Part shown: piece by piece, positions 1 through 7,603 of the stretch
Layout: the number at the start of each line of letters is the position of its first letter
Numbering within the stretch: the stretch's first letter is position 1
Assembly (NCBI GenBank): GCA_046318155.1
Contig: JBKCUU010000067.1
Span: 1 to 53,606, forward strand
Direction of reading: 5' to 3'
Length of the DNA stretch: 53,606 bases
Source of the DNA: Bdellovibrio sp.
GTDB lineage: Bacteria > Bdellovibrionota > Bdellovibrionia > Bdellovibrionales > Bdellovibrionaceae
Position numbers and translations under genes: made by a program
Notes under the pieces: model-generated
The model's database searches: none
What the model was told of the DNA's origin: nothing
What the model saw: only the letters and a program-made list of their open reading frames with translations

Positions 1-1
1 G

Positions 2-619
2 AAGATTGTTGAAGTTCTGACGTTTTTAGAAACGAATGGAGTTAAGCCCAAGGCCAAAAGGGAAAGAAAAAAGGGAGCAAAAACCGAAAGAGCATTTTTG
101 TTCTATCAAATCTCCCGCTTAGACTTTGCCGTAGATTATGAAGCTAGTTTTGATTTGATAAAAATACTTAGCGAAGGGATCGGCTATCACCGATTCTTTA
201 CGGGAATTCAAAAAGATTATTTCTACCGAACGATTCACGACAATATACGATTGGACAAAGATCAGAGGATTCATCGCTTCAAAGAAATGAAGCTCGGGAA
301 CAATGGCTTTGAGCTCGCAATTTATTCGAAGAAAATTGAAATTGCCGAGAATGCGACCGCAGAAAAGCTAACATTGTATCCAGAAATCTATCGAGAAATT
401 TTGTCGGATAAAAAGCGACTACTGTTTCGTGTTGAACTCAGGCTATTTAGGTCTAGAAGTATCGCCTTTAATTCATTGAGTGCGAATGAACTTTGGGAGC
501 TTCCGAAAATAGAGCTTGTTCGATTCGGAAAGACCGTCCGTCTTTTGAAAAGAAAAAAACATAAAATTATTCAGAGTCGGCTTTTTTTCCAGCTTTTTTC
601 CATGGCGGATTCCATTTAA
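2..619 (+). CDS. Rep_trans-family rolling-circle replication initiator/relaxase, 5'-truncated by the window edge
   Basis: Frame is open from position 2 (KIVEVLTFLETNG...). Motifs SRLDFAVD, IYSKKIE (candidate catalytic Tyr) and FRVELRL occur in Rep_trans order. Confidence 0.7.
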   Translation, partial: KIVEVLTFLETNGVKPKAKRERKKGAKTERAFLFYQISRLDFAVDYEASFDLIKILSEGIGYHRFFTGIQKDYFYRTIHDNIRLDKDQRIHRFKEMKLGNNGFELAIYSKKIEIAENATAEKLTLYPEIYREILSDKKRLLFRVELRLFRSRSIAFNSLSANELWELPKIELVRFGKTVRLLKRKKHKIIQSRLFFQLFSMADSI

Positions 620-635
620 AATTAAAGGAGTATTT

Positions 636-866
636 ATGAGCGGTTCATTAAGAAGTATTGAGCAAATAACGGAAAATTCTATTCGATTTATCAACGAGCA
701 AATCAACGGCATCGATTGGAATAAAAAATGGCAGACAGATTATCCAAAGACGGAGGTTGCCAAGGCTGAATTTGAAAGTCTTAAGAAGCCAGAAGTAAAA
801 GAGGCTGTTAGGGAAGTTTTTAACGAAAACTCACTCGCAGTTTTAAAACTAAGCGAGGTGTTTTAG
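636..866 (+). CDS. Small hypothetical protein (76 aa), possibly antitoxin-like
   Basis: AAGGAG RBS upstream; stop overlaps the next start (TAGTG); C-terminal amphipathic helix. Confidence 0.65.
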   Translation: MSGSLRSIEQITENSIRFINEQINGIDWNKKWQTDYPKTEVAKAEFESLKKPEVKEAVREVFNENSLAVLKLSEVF

Positions 867-1381
867 TGAAAGCCGTTAGATTTACTAAGTTAGACGAAAC
901 AAAAGACTACCCAATAGATTACATTCTCAATTCTGAGGGCATTGAAGAGGCCGTAGGCTGTTGTCCCAAATCATTTTTCAATTTCTTTGGGTTGCTCGGG
1001 GTCATTGAAGGACTGAACTCGGAATTTCTTCTTTGGTTAAAAGGAGAACTTCAAGAGGACGACAAAACTCTGATTACTCCGCCAGAAGGGATTAGGAATT
1101 TCGCAAGGAATGGTATTTTTGAAAAGATTGATTGTGGTGCTGGATTCACAAGACACATTCCAGCTCCCTCGTTAATTCGAAGCCTTCACGACGGTTGGGT
1201 TCTTTTCACAGTGCTTCTAAAGCAAGGTGCGGAGGACCCTTCCCATTGTGTGGTCTTTTATATTAAGGAGGGCAAGTTGTTCGCTGACGGAGAAGAAATC
1301 TCCCTTCAAATATTTACCCAAAAAGTCTACTGTCATGAAATGAATCGCTTTATCCTCGGAAAAAGAAAAGCGAGGGATTAA
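866..1381 (+). CDS. Hypothetical protein with papain-like (C39-like) Cys-His-Asp pattern
   Basis: GCCPKSF (Cys32/33), SHCVVF (His127) and LFADG (Asp141) are in papain-fold order; coupled to the upstream ORF. Confidence 0.55.
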   Translation: MKAVRFTKLDETKDYPIDYILNSEGIEEAVGCCPKSFFNFFGLLGVIEGLNSEFLLWLKGELQEDDKTLITPPEGIRNFARNGIFEKIDCGAGFTRHIPAPSLIRSLHDGWVLFTVLLKQGAEDPSHCVVFYIKEGKLFADGEEISLQIFTQKVYCHEMNRFILGKRKARD

Positions 1382-1560
1382 CCCTCGCCTTGGTTCTCAA
1401 GCACTTTCCTGAGATAGTTGATATTGATAGAAATTGCGGAGCCTTGATTCAGATACACCAGAACATTTCCTGTTCGAGTCATGCGAATCTTATGAAATGG
1501 CACGAAAGCCAAGCCTCGTTTCGATTCCAACTCCTGTTTCTTGTCGACTTTCTTATTCAT
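1378..1560 (-). CDS. Small basic hypothetical protein (60 aa)
   Basis: AAAGGA RBS upstream of ATG; lies downstream of a structured non-coding region. Confidence 0.55.
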   Translation of the reverse strand: MNKKVDKKQELESKRGLAFVPFHKIRMTRTGNVLVYLNQGSAISININYLRKVLENQGEG

Positions 1561-1585
1561 AAAAATTTCCTTTCTTTTGTTTCAA

Positions 1586-1748
1586 CCCTCTTGGGGTGTT
1601 CGCAGAACAATGACACCCAGAGGGGCTAGAAACTCAGCGAGCAATCGCCAGAAGAAAAATGTACGAAGACCTGCGAGTGGCATAATCCTGTGAAAGCTTG
1701 CTGGCACACGGTTAGTGCTTTAACGAGTAGCCATTGGTCTGGCGATTG
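1586..1748. other. Structured non-coding region with nested inverted repeats; candidate single-strand origin, ssDNA promoter or ncRNA
   Basis: CCCTCTTGGGGTGT (1586-1599) pairs imperfectly with ACACCCAGAGGG (1613-1624). Perfect 11-bp IR CAATCGCCAGA (1642-1652) / TCTGGCGATTG (1738-1748) encloses smaller hairpins. Confidence 0.5.
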
Positions 1749-1797
1749 AGAGTGGTATGGAAATTTGAAGTGGTAAGCACGACGAAGATTTGATTTG

Positions 1798-2277
1798 TCA
1801 TTCGGATGATCCTAGTTGCGCCTTAAAGAGTTCATTCTTCAGAGTGAGCGTGTGTCCAATGCTTTCACTTATTAGATACCAAGTGTCTCTCTGTTGAACG
1901 GAAAGTGTTTTGTCCAACGTTTTGTAAAATAAGCCGAGCCAGCGGGCTAAAAGTTCATCGTTGAAGCCAGCTTGAAAATGCTTGGGAATTGGATTGTAGG
2001 GGTAGCGAACTTCAAGTTTTCCGCCAAATTTAATCCACCAGAAATTAGTCATCAGTTCTATGTGATGGTTCCAATCAAGAACTGTAGAAAAGGGAACCTT
2101 CAGTATTTCGTCTGCTGCCACAGCTCTATAAAAATAGTCAACAACTCGCTCGATGTCGGCAAAGGAAAAAGCTACGCCATTGATAGCGATTACCTCGGCT
2201 CGCAATTTCCGAATACAAGTTTCATCTGGCAATTTTTTAATTTCGCAGACTCCTGCCGCACAGCTATCATCAGTCAT
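1798..2277 (-). CDS. Group III truncated hemoglobin (2/2 globin) with N-terminal Cys-containing extension
   Basis: VDYFY...D.IL...F, W..H...MTNFW, P.PKH and F...L.RWLGLF motifs; ATG at 2277 overlaps the upstream stop (ATGACTGA). Confidence 0.85.
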   Translation of the reverse strand: MTDDSCAAGVCEIKKLPDETCIRKLRAEVIAINGVAFSFADIERVVDYFYRAVAADEILKVPFSTVLDWNHHIELMTNFWWIKFGGKLEVRYPYNPIPKHFQAGFNDELLARWLGLFYKTLDKTLSVQQRDTWYLISESIGHTLTLKNELFKAQLGSSE

Positions 2278-2572
2278 CGACGATCCCAATCTGAAAGACT
2301 CGATCAAGGCGTATTTGAGAAGAATCTGACATCGTCAAAAACTCTTCCTTGTCTTTCGTGAAAATATCGATGATTTGACCCGTGCAATCCATCAGCTTCC
2401 CATTTGAGTTCCAGTATTTGACTTCGACTCGGATTTGTTTAACTGACACGAACTCAAGCTCGTCTGTGAAATCACAGTCTACTGGTTCATAAACCTTAGC
2501 CAAGTCCGCGAAGTTTTTAAAGGGACCCTGAAGTACTTTGGATTTTGTTGATGGAAAAACTGTTTTATTCAC
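2270..2572 (-). CDS. rof: Rof/YaeO-like Rho-binding antiterminator
   Basis: YEPVDCDFTDELE and EEFL...IRLDRV resemble the Rof signatures YQPINCDDYDNLE and VEYL...LRLDKI. Confidence 0.7.
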   Translation of the reverse strand: MNKTVFPSTKSKVLQGPFKNFADLAKVYEPVDCDFTDELEFVSVKQIRVEVKYWNSNGKLMDCTGQIIDIFTKDKEEFLTMSDSSQIRLDRVFQIGIVDD

Positions 2573-2581
2573 AACTGCTCC

Positions 2582-2902
2582 TTACTTACCGCCGGCGAAT
2601 ATAAATTGGTTAAGATCCTCGATGTTTTCAAATCCGATTTTAATTCTTTTTCTACCTGTAGAGTCTATTTTAAAAAAGGCCGGCACACCAACTAGGCCCA
2701 ATTTCGAAGGCAAACCGGGTTCATCATCAATTGAAACTTCAAAACAATTGATCGCACCTGTGCTTTCGGGAAAACCCGCTTTCTTCATTTCTCGTTCTGC
2801 GATTTGGCAGTACTGGCATCCCTGCTCCTTAATAAAAAGCAAGGATGCCTTTCCTGTTTCAAAAAACTTTATGAATTGCTCCAACGAAATCCTCTGAAAC
2901 AT
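2582..2902 (-). CDS. Thioredoxin-family protein (CQYC)
   Basis: CxxC motif, cis-Pro motif GVPAF, 106 aa. Confidence 0.85.
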   Translation of the reverse strand: MFQRISLEQFIKFFETGKASLLFIKEQGCQYCQIAEREMKKAGFPESTGAINCFEVSIDDEPGLPSKLGLVGVPAFFKIDSTGRKRIKIGFENIEDLNQFIFAGGK

Positions 2903-2932
2903 TTGATGACCTGCCTTCGCCGAAGCTTTTCT

Positions 2933-3655
2933 TTATTTTTCGGTTTTCTGAACCGTACCGGGAAGACTTAAATCGCCAGAAGCAATCTTAAAAATATTCT
3001 CGATGCATAGAAGCGGCGCATGGACCGATTCGTTTACTCGTAGCCCCGATGTAACGCCGTCGAATTTAGAACTTTCAACCGTAGCAATATTGTCGAACGG
3101 AACTTTGACGATCACTTTTTTTCCTGAAAATTTCGGCGGATATCCGGGACTGTCTATAAAGAGCGGCACTCCGGGCCAAGTCTTCGGAAGTTTCGGCTTT
3201 GTTCCTTCAGCGATGTCTTTGACCTTCATTCCCTTGGCACCGCAAGCTTCATCGGGAGTAAGTACCACCCAGTGAGTATGCCACTTTGATCCATCATTTT
3301 CAAAAAGAGGGGTATCATTGAAATCAGGGTGAACTGTCACTGCCAAAGCTAAAATTCCTGACTTTCCTTCGAATCCGACTTCGCTTGGATCAATTGAGGT
3401 CGGCCAAACATACGAGAACACTCGAGCACCGGCAAATTTGCCGGATTTTTTTGGCTTTTCCTGACCCGCTTTACCGCTCACTTCGATTTCAAAAGTAGCG
3501 ATATTTCCTTCGGTCTTAATGGTTGTGCGAGTGATGTCGAAATCAGGTTTCACTTTCTTATCAGTTTTAGTATCAATTCCATGCGCAATGGCGGAGGCCC
3601 CTACGAAGAGAAAGCCTGTCGCTAATTTAAAAGCCGATGTTTTGATGTTTTTCAT
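2933..3655 (-). CDS. Exported hypothetical protein with possible His/Asp metal ligands
   Basis: Signal peptide ending AIA-H; HPDFNDTPL and WHTHWVVL motifs; coupled to the redoxin gene. Confidence 0.75.
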   Translation of the reverse strand: MKNIKTSAFKLATGFLFVGASAIAHGIDTKTDKKVKPDFDITRTTIKTEGNIATFEIEVSGKAGQEKPKKSGKFAGARVFSYVWPTSIDPSEVGFEGKSGILALAVTVHPDFNDTPLFENDGSKWHTHWVVLTPDEACGAKGMKVKDIAEGTKPKLPKTWPGVPLFIDSPGYPPKFSGKKVIVKVPFDNIATVESSKFDGVTSGLRVNESVHAPLLCIENIFKIASGDLSLPGTVQKTEK

Positions 3656-4161
3656 TTTTGTTTCCTTTCAGTTGGTGTTTTATAAATTGAACTCGGTTCG
3701 GAATCTGTTGAATAAAGAAGCCTCGAAATCTCTGCACCTAAAATTAAGTCCTGCATTTGCCCGAAGATGTTCGCTCGCAGTTCTCCATTTTGATCAAAGA
3801 TCAGCCAGCTCGGGGTTCCTTGCAGTTGAAAGTGCGCCATGGTTTTTGGAATCTCAGAATTCTTAGATGGCTCATCGATTCCCACCGGAAACTTGACGCG
3901 AAATTCGTGCAGAAAAGCCTTTAGCGAAATTTCACCCATGGCTTCGTGATGTTCGAAAACCGTATGAAGGCCAAGCACAGCTACTTTTTCCTGTTTAAAA
4001 GTTTCAAAAACCTTCTGGGCCTGGGGCACTCCGTGAAGAACGCACCCAGGACAAAGCATCTGAAACGCATGAACTAAAACGACCCTTCCTTGCAGGTCGT
4101 TTAAAGAAAAATCGTCTGTAGTGCCGAGCCACTTTGAAACGGTGAGGTCTTGGAGTTTCAT
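3652..4161 (-). CDS. Redoxin/TlpA-like thioredoxin-fold protein
   Basis: LQGRVVLVHAFQMLCPGC, LGLHTVFEHH and GTPSW motifs. Confidence 0.85.
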   Translation of the reverse strand: MKLQDLTVSKWLGTTDDFSLNDLQGRVVLVHAFQMLCPGCVLHGVPQAQKVFETFKQEKVAVLGLHTVFEHHEAMGEISLKAFLHEFRVKFPVGIDEPSKNSEIPKTMAHFQLQGTPSWLIFDQNGELRANIFGQMQDLILGAEISRLLYSTDSEPSSIYKTPTERKQK

Positions 4162-4162
4162 C

Positions 4163-4699
4163 TTATCGAAGACTCACTTTTGGAAAATCAAGCGGCACAT
4201 CAAAGGCAACGTTTGTGTAGTTTGTAAAAATATTGAGCGCAACGTGAGCTAGAATCTCAGCAATGTCTTCTTCTGAATACCCCGCTTTTTTAAGAGTCGA
4301 AATATCGTCAGGAGAAACATTGGCTCGCTCTTTGACTAACTTTACCGCGAAGTTCAATGCCGCTTGTATCTTGGGGTCAGACGACTTGCCACCTTGTGCC
4401 TGGCTCATTGTTTCAGAGGTTAGACCAGCGCCTTTGCCAAGAGCCGTGTGGGCCGCTAAGCAATATTCGCAGCGATTAAGATCTGCTACGGCGACCGCAA
4501 TCTGCTCGCCAAGCTTTGCGCCCAGTTTCCCACTACCTAGGGCACCAAACGCTGACCACATCATTTTTAATGCGGGGGTCGAGTTGGCAATGGCCTTAAA
4601 CATATTCGGCGTTGTTCCAAATGCTGTATTGATTTGAGAAAGAATTTCTTTTCGTTCTCCGGTCGCAGTTTGAGGGTTCTGAAGTTCAATTCTTGGCAT
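4163..4699 (-). CDS. AhpD/CMD-family peroxidase-related protein
   Basis: EQIAVAVADLNRCEYCLAAH core; GGAG RBS. Confidence 0.9.
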   Translation of the reverse strand: MPRIELQNPQTATGERKEILSQINTAFGTTPNMFKAIANSTPALKMMWSAFGALGSGKLGAKLGEQIAVAVADLNRCEYCLAAHTALGKGAGLTSETMSQAQGGKSSDPKIQAALNFAVKLVKERANVSPDDISTLKKAGYSEEDIAEILAHVALNIFTNYTNVAFDVPLDFPKVSLR

Positions 4700-4736
4700 A
4701 GAGGTCTCCTTATGTGCCTTTAAGGCGGTTTATATA

Positions 4737-4755
4737 TAGTTTAGCTTCTAAACTA
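4737..4755. promoter_or_regulatory. Perfect inverted repeat, probable MarR operator 1
   Basis: TAGTTTAG-CTT-CTAAACTA just downstream of the predicted operon start site. Confidence 0.7.
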
Positions 4756-4762
4756 ATGTTCA

Positions 4763-4813
4763 AAGATAGACTAAGATTTTTAACTTGTCAAATAAGTTTA
4801 GATTCGATACTAT
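4763..4813. promoter_or_regulatory. Divergent sigma70 promoters with overlapping -35 boxes
   Basis: Minus strand: TTGACA (4791-4786)-17-TATCTT (4768-4763). Plus strand: TTGTCA (4785-4790)-17-TACTAT (4808-4813). Confidence 0.7.
4794..4812. promoter_or_regulatory. Degenerate operator 2 overlapping the marR -10 box
   Basis: AAGTTTAG-ATT-CGATACTA has the same 8-3-8 layout as operator 1. Confidence 0.6.
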
Positions 4814-4819
4814 TTAAAT

Positions 4820-5371
4820 ATGGCAAATCAAATAAATGCCGTGAGTCAGTGGCTTGAACGACTCTCAGCAGTTCACAGAAATTTAATGAGACGCTTTGCA
4901 AATGAAGAAGGGCTTCAGCTTGTTCACGTTGAGATTATGCAATATCTATCGGTGAGCAACCGCTACTCCGACGCCACGCAAGCTATTTCTGAATATTTGG
5001 GCCAAACCAAAGGGAGTATTTCACAAAGCCTAGGCCTTCTTGAAGAACAGGGGTTTGTCAAAAGAACACAAGATAAAGTTGATAAGCGGATTTTTCATCT
5101 CTCTCTCACGTCAAAAGGGTCAGCCGTAACTCATCGCATGTTCGCCAGTATCGACCTTGAAGGTGCAGATGAATTGGAACCAGGCCTTAAGATTCTGCTC
5201 ACTTCTATTCAAAAGAAGAACGGGCTTCGAGGCTTTGGAACGTGTATCTCATGCAGATTTAACCAGAACCCTGGAAAAAATGTTTTTGTTTGTGGACTCA
5301 CCAAAGAGAAACTGACTTTGGAAGAAACAAAAAAGATTTGTAAAGAGCATGACGAGACCGCAAACGGTTAG
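4820..5371 (+). CDS. MarR-family regulator with C-terminal four-Cys domain
   Basis: wHTH (ISEYLGQTKGSISQSL...GFVKR...DKR...LSLT.KG) plus CISC...C...C tail; divergent from the redox operon. Confidence 0.9.
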   Translation: MANQINAVSQWLERLSAVHRNLMRRFANEEGLQLVHVEIMQYLSVSNRYSDATQAISEYLGQTKGSISQSLGLLEEQGFVKRTQDKVDKRIFHLSLTSKGSAVTHRMFASIDLEGADELEPGLKILLTSIQKKNGLRGFGTCISCRFNQNPGKNVFVCGLTKEKLTLEETKKICKEHDETANG

Positions 5372-5508
5372 TCTTATGTGTGTTGGAAATAACGTCAGAT
5401 GGATACGCTGAGTTTTTCCGGATTAAAGTGCCAATATTTCGACGAAATTGCCAGTCTTGATCAAAACTAGGATCGCAAAGCTGTATGATCATGTTCTAAC
5501 CTCTGCAT

Positions 5509-6804
5509 CTAAGCTCTCTTCTTGGGCTTGAATACGGTATCGTCCGACTGTCGGTCGTCTCTCAAATATTTCATTGTCGTTTCGATATTTGAGTGCGAGA
5601 CGGCCAACATGACCTCTCTAGGCTTATGTTCGTCTAAGCTCTTTGTTATGAATGTTCTGCGAAGGTCATGTAGTTCATAGGACATCTTGAGCCGTCTCAT
5701 TAGGCTGGCAAATTTCACTCCGAGAGTATCAGGGTGAATTCTTTTGGCAGCACCTTCCTCAACAAGTTCGTAAGCCTTTTCCTTCGTCAGAAACCAATGC
5801 GGTGTCTTTCTGAAGTCTCTATCCTTCAAAGGCTTAAACGAACACTCACCATTGCCATTCGATTTTGAAATTTGTCTTTCAATCGAAAGATGACCATTGC
5901 GAACATCTTCAACTTGGAGACCAAGAGTTTCGCCTCGACGAAGACCGTAATAGTAGCCGAGTCGGATGAAGCAACCAATATCTTGGGGAAGTTCTTTATC
6001 GATTTTTTTCCAATCGTTGTCAGAGATGAACTGTCCGACTTCTTCGCCGTCCATTTCCTGACGAGCAAGATAGTCTTTCAACATCGCACTACTGATTGGA
6101 GTGAATTTAAAAAGAGGAATTTCTTGCGGATTCTTTTCATGGATAAATACCATGAAGCGATTCGCTAAGTGAATTAGTCCCTTGATTGTCTTGTAAGACA
6201 TTTCTTCTTCAAAAATATTAAACTGCTTTTGGTCAGCAGGCAATCGGCGGAGCAAAGCAAGTCCCCAAAGAGCTTGCTTAGTCTTCCATTCATTTGGGTC
6301 AATCAATCCACATAAGTCGACGAAGAATTTTAAAAAGTAGCGATGAAGATTTCGGTAGTGGTAGCGAGCATCTTTCTCAGTCGGAATTTCATTTTCCAAG
6401 AGAATCCGAAATTCTTCGAGAACTTCTGTAGGAAGAAAAGCCAATTTCGCCTTAATTGCCTTGAGCTTTTTCCAGCTCTCACGACCATTTAAACGAATGA
6501 CCAAATTCTCAATTTCTTCTTTTGATTTTAGATGCTGATATTTCGAGGCAGGATAGCGAGATGAGCCTTTGGTTTTCTTATCTCCATCGAGAACATAGAA
6601 ATATCGGCGAACGAAGTATTTATACTTCTTCTCATTTTTATCGCTAGATTTATCTTTGCTTACATCACTAAGTTTTACTTCTTCCTTAGCAACGAAGTAA
6701 TCGCCCCAAATTTTCTTTTCCACCCAGAAGTTATCGGTGGTTAGGGCTTGAACATCAAGTCTTGAGAGTAGTCGTAGCTCCCAAGACGAACATCTTGAAG
6801 CCAA
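5509..6804 (-). CDS. Tyrosine recombinase/integrase; N-terminus uncertain, possibly frameshifted from 6741-7016
   Basis: GLRRGETLGL, HDLRRTF and SHSNIETTMKYL catalytic motifs; adjacent to tRNA. Confidence 0.9.
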   Translation of the reverse strand: MASRCSSWELRLLSRLDVQALTTDNFWVEKKIWGDYFVAKEEVKLSDVSKDKSSDKNEKKYKYFVRRYFYVLDGDKKTKGSSRYPASKYQHLKSKEEIENLVIRLNGRESWKKLKAIKAKLAFLPTEVLEEFRILLENEIPTEKDARYHYRNLHRYFLKFFVDLCGLIDPNEWKTKQALWGLALLRRLPADQKQFNIFEEEMSYKTIKGLIHLANRFMVFIHEKNPQEIPLFKFTPISSAMLKDYLARQEMDGEEVGQFISDNDWKKIDKELPQDIGCFIRLGYYYGLRRGETLGLQVEDVRNGHLSIERQISKSNGNGECSFKPLKDRDFRKTPHWFLTKEKAYELVEEGAAKRIHPDTLGVKFASLMRRLKMSYELHDLRRTFITKSLDEHKPREVMLAVSHSNIETTMKYLRDDRQSDDTVFKPKKRA

Positions 6805-7016
6805 TCACGAGTGTGAAAATCAGAATTTTCTAGGATAAGTTGCTTCATTCGGCGACCTTGAAAATCATCAACTGACCGCTCTATTAGAACTTTTAAAGCC
6901 CTACCAGAAACGAACACAGAGTCGTTTTGAATTTCAAAATCACGATTCTCGAGAAGAGTTTTAACTGAATCCGAGATGAAAGTTGGTAGGTGGATACCGT
7001 TTTTATTTTTTCGCAT
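6741..7016 (-). CDS. 91-aa ORF overlapping the integrase start; probable integrase N-terminal part or accessory protein
   Basis: ATG with AAGGTG RBS; ends CCC TAA while the integrase frame (-1) is already open. Confidence 0.5.
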   Translation of the reverse strand: MRKNKNGIHLPTFISDSVKTLLENRDFEIQNDSVFVSGRALKVLIERSVDDFQGRRMKQLILENSDFHTRDWLQDVRLGSYDYSQDLMFKP

Positions 7017-7067
7017 ACCACACCTTGTTTTTCGAATCGCTATAACCTTTTGAATTTACTAAGAAAT

Positions 7068-7144
<77 letters not shown>

Positions 7145-7167
7145 TCCGAGTATTTTGACTTGGTCGC

Positions 7168-7196
7168 AAGCTAGGCTCGGTTACACTCGATGTCAA
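7168..7196 (-). promoter_or_regulatory. sigma70 promoter of tRNA-fMet
   Basis: TTGACA (7196-7191)-17-TAGCTT (7173-7168). Confidence 0.7.
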
Positions 7197-7399
7197 CCAC
7201 CAAAAGAGCGCAAAGTGATCGGGGGATGAAACTTATGACGCCTCTCTCAACTGCCTTCTTTTTGTACTGCCTTTTGCTATTGGAATGGCCACGCTTGGCA
7301 TTACCTCGACTCATGGCTAGGTCTAAAGCTCGGCGCTTGCGAGCAAAAGACCCACCGAGGCACACTAGGACTCTCAAGATTTGACTGGGAGTCTATCCG

Positions 7400-7603
7400 A
7401 TGAAAACAATGTTGTTTGGAATGGTTTCGATCACCGCGATCTTTTTTGCTTTGTCACTGTCGTCGTGTGCGAGCGGGCACAAACACCACGGGCACAAGTG
7501 CGCTTGCTCGGAAGGGAAAAAGGCTGACCAAGGCTGCAAAGGCTGCGAAAAAAAATCGGGCTGTGACAGCTGCGAAGTTAAGGACGAAGAGAAGAAGCCT
7601 TAA
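7400..7603 (+). CDS. Small His/Cys-rich lipoprotein (metallothionein-like)
   Basis: Signal peptide with lipobox LSSC, then HKHHGH, CAC, CKGC and CDSC. Confidence 0.65.
   Translation: MKTMLFGMVSITAIFFALSLSSCASGHKHHGHKCACSEGKKADQGCKGCEKKSGCDSCEVKDEEKKP

Larger units (their letters stand above)
1..7067. mobile_element. Right arm of an integrative element (Rep_trans plus tyrosine integrase) inserted at the 3' end of tRNA-fMet; left end is outside the window
   Basis: Integrase lies next to the tRNA 3' end; a rolling-circle Rep is at the left edge; cargo is accessory; the sequence is visibly more AT-rich than the core genes right of the tRNA. Confidence 0.85.

Noticed and set aside
866..1381. Doc/Fic toxin partner for the Phd-like small ORF
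   Set aside because: No HxFxDGNKR motif; the pattern fits a papain-like fold better
6741..6804. Canonical programmed -1 frameshift, or +1 shift at CCC-TAA
   Set aside because: No X XXY YYZ heptamer in the overlap; a +1 shift reaches a stop within four codons
1..7067. Second att site within the window
   Set aside because: No duplicate of the tRNA 3' end was seen by eye; it presumably lies left of position 1
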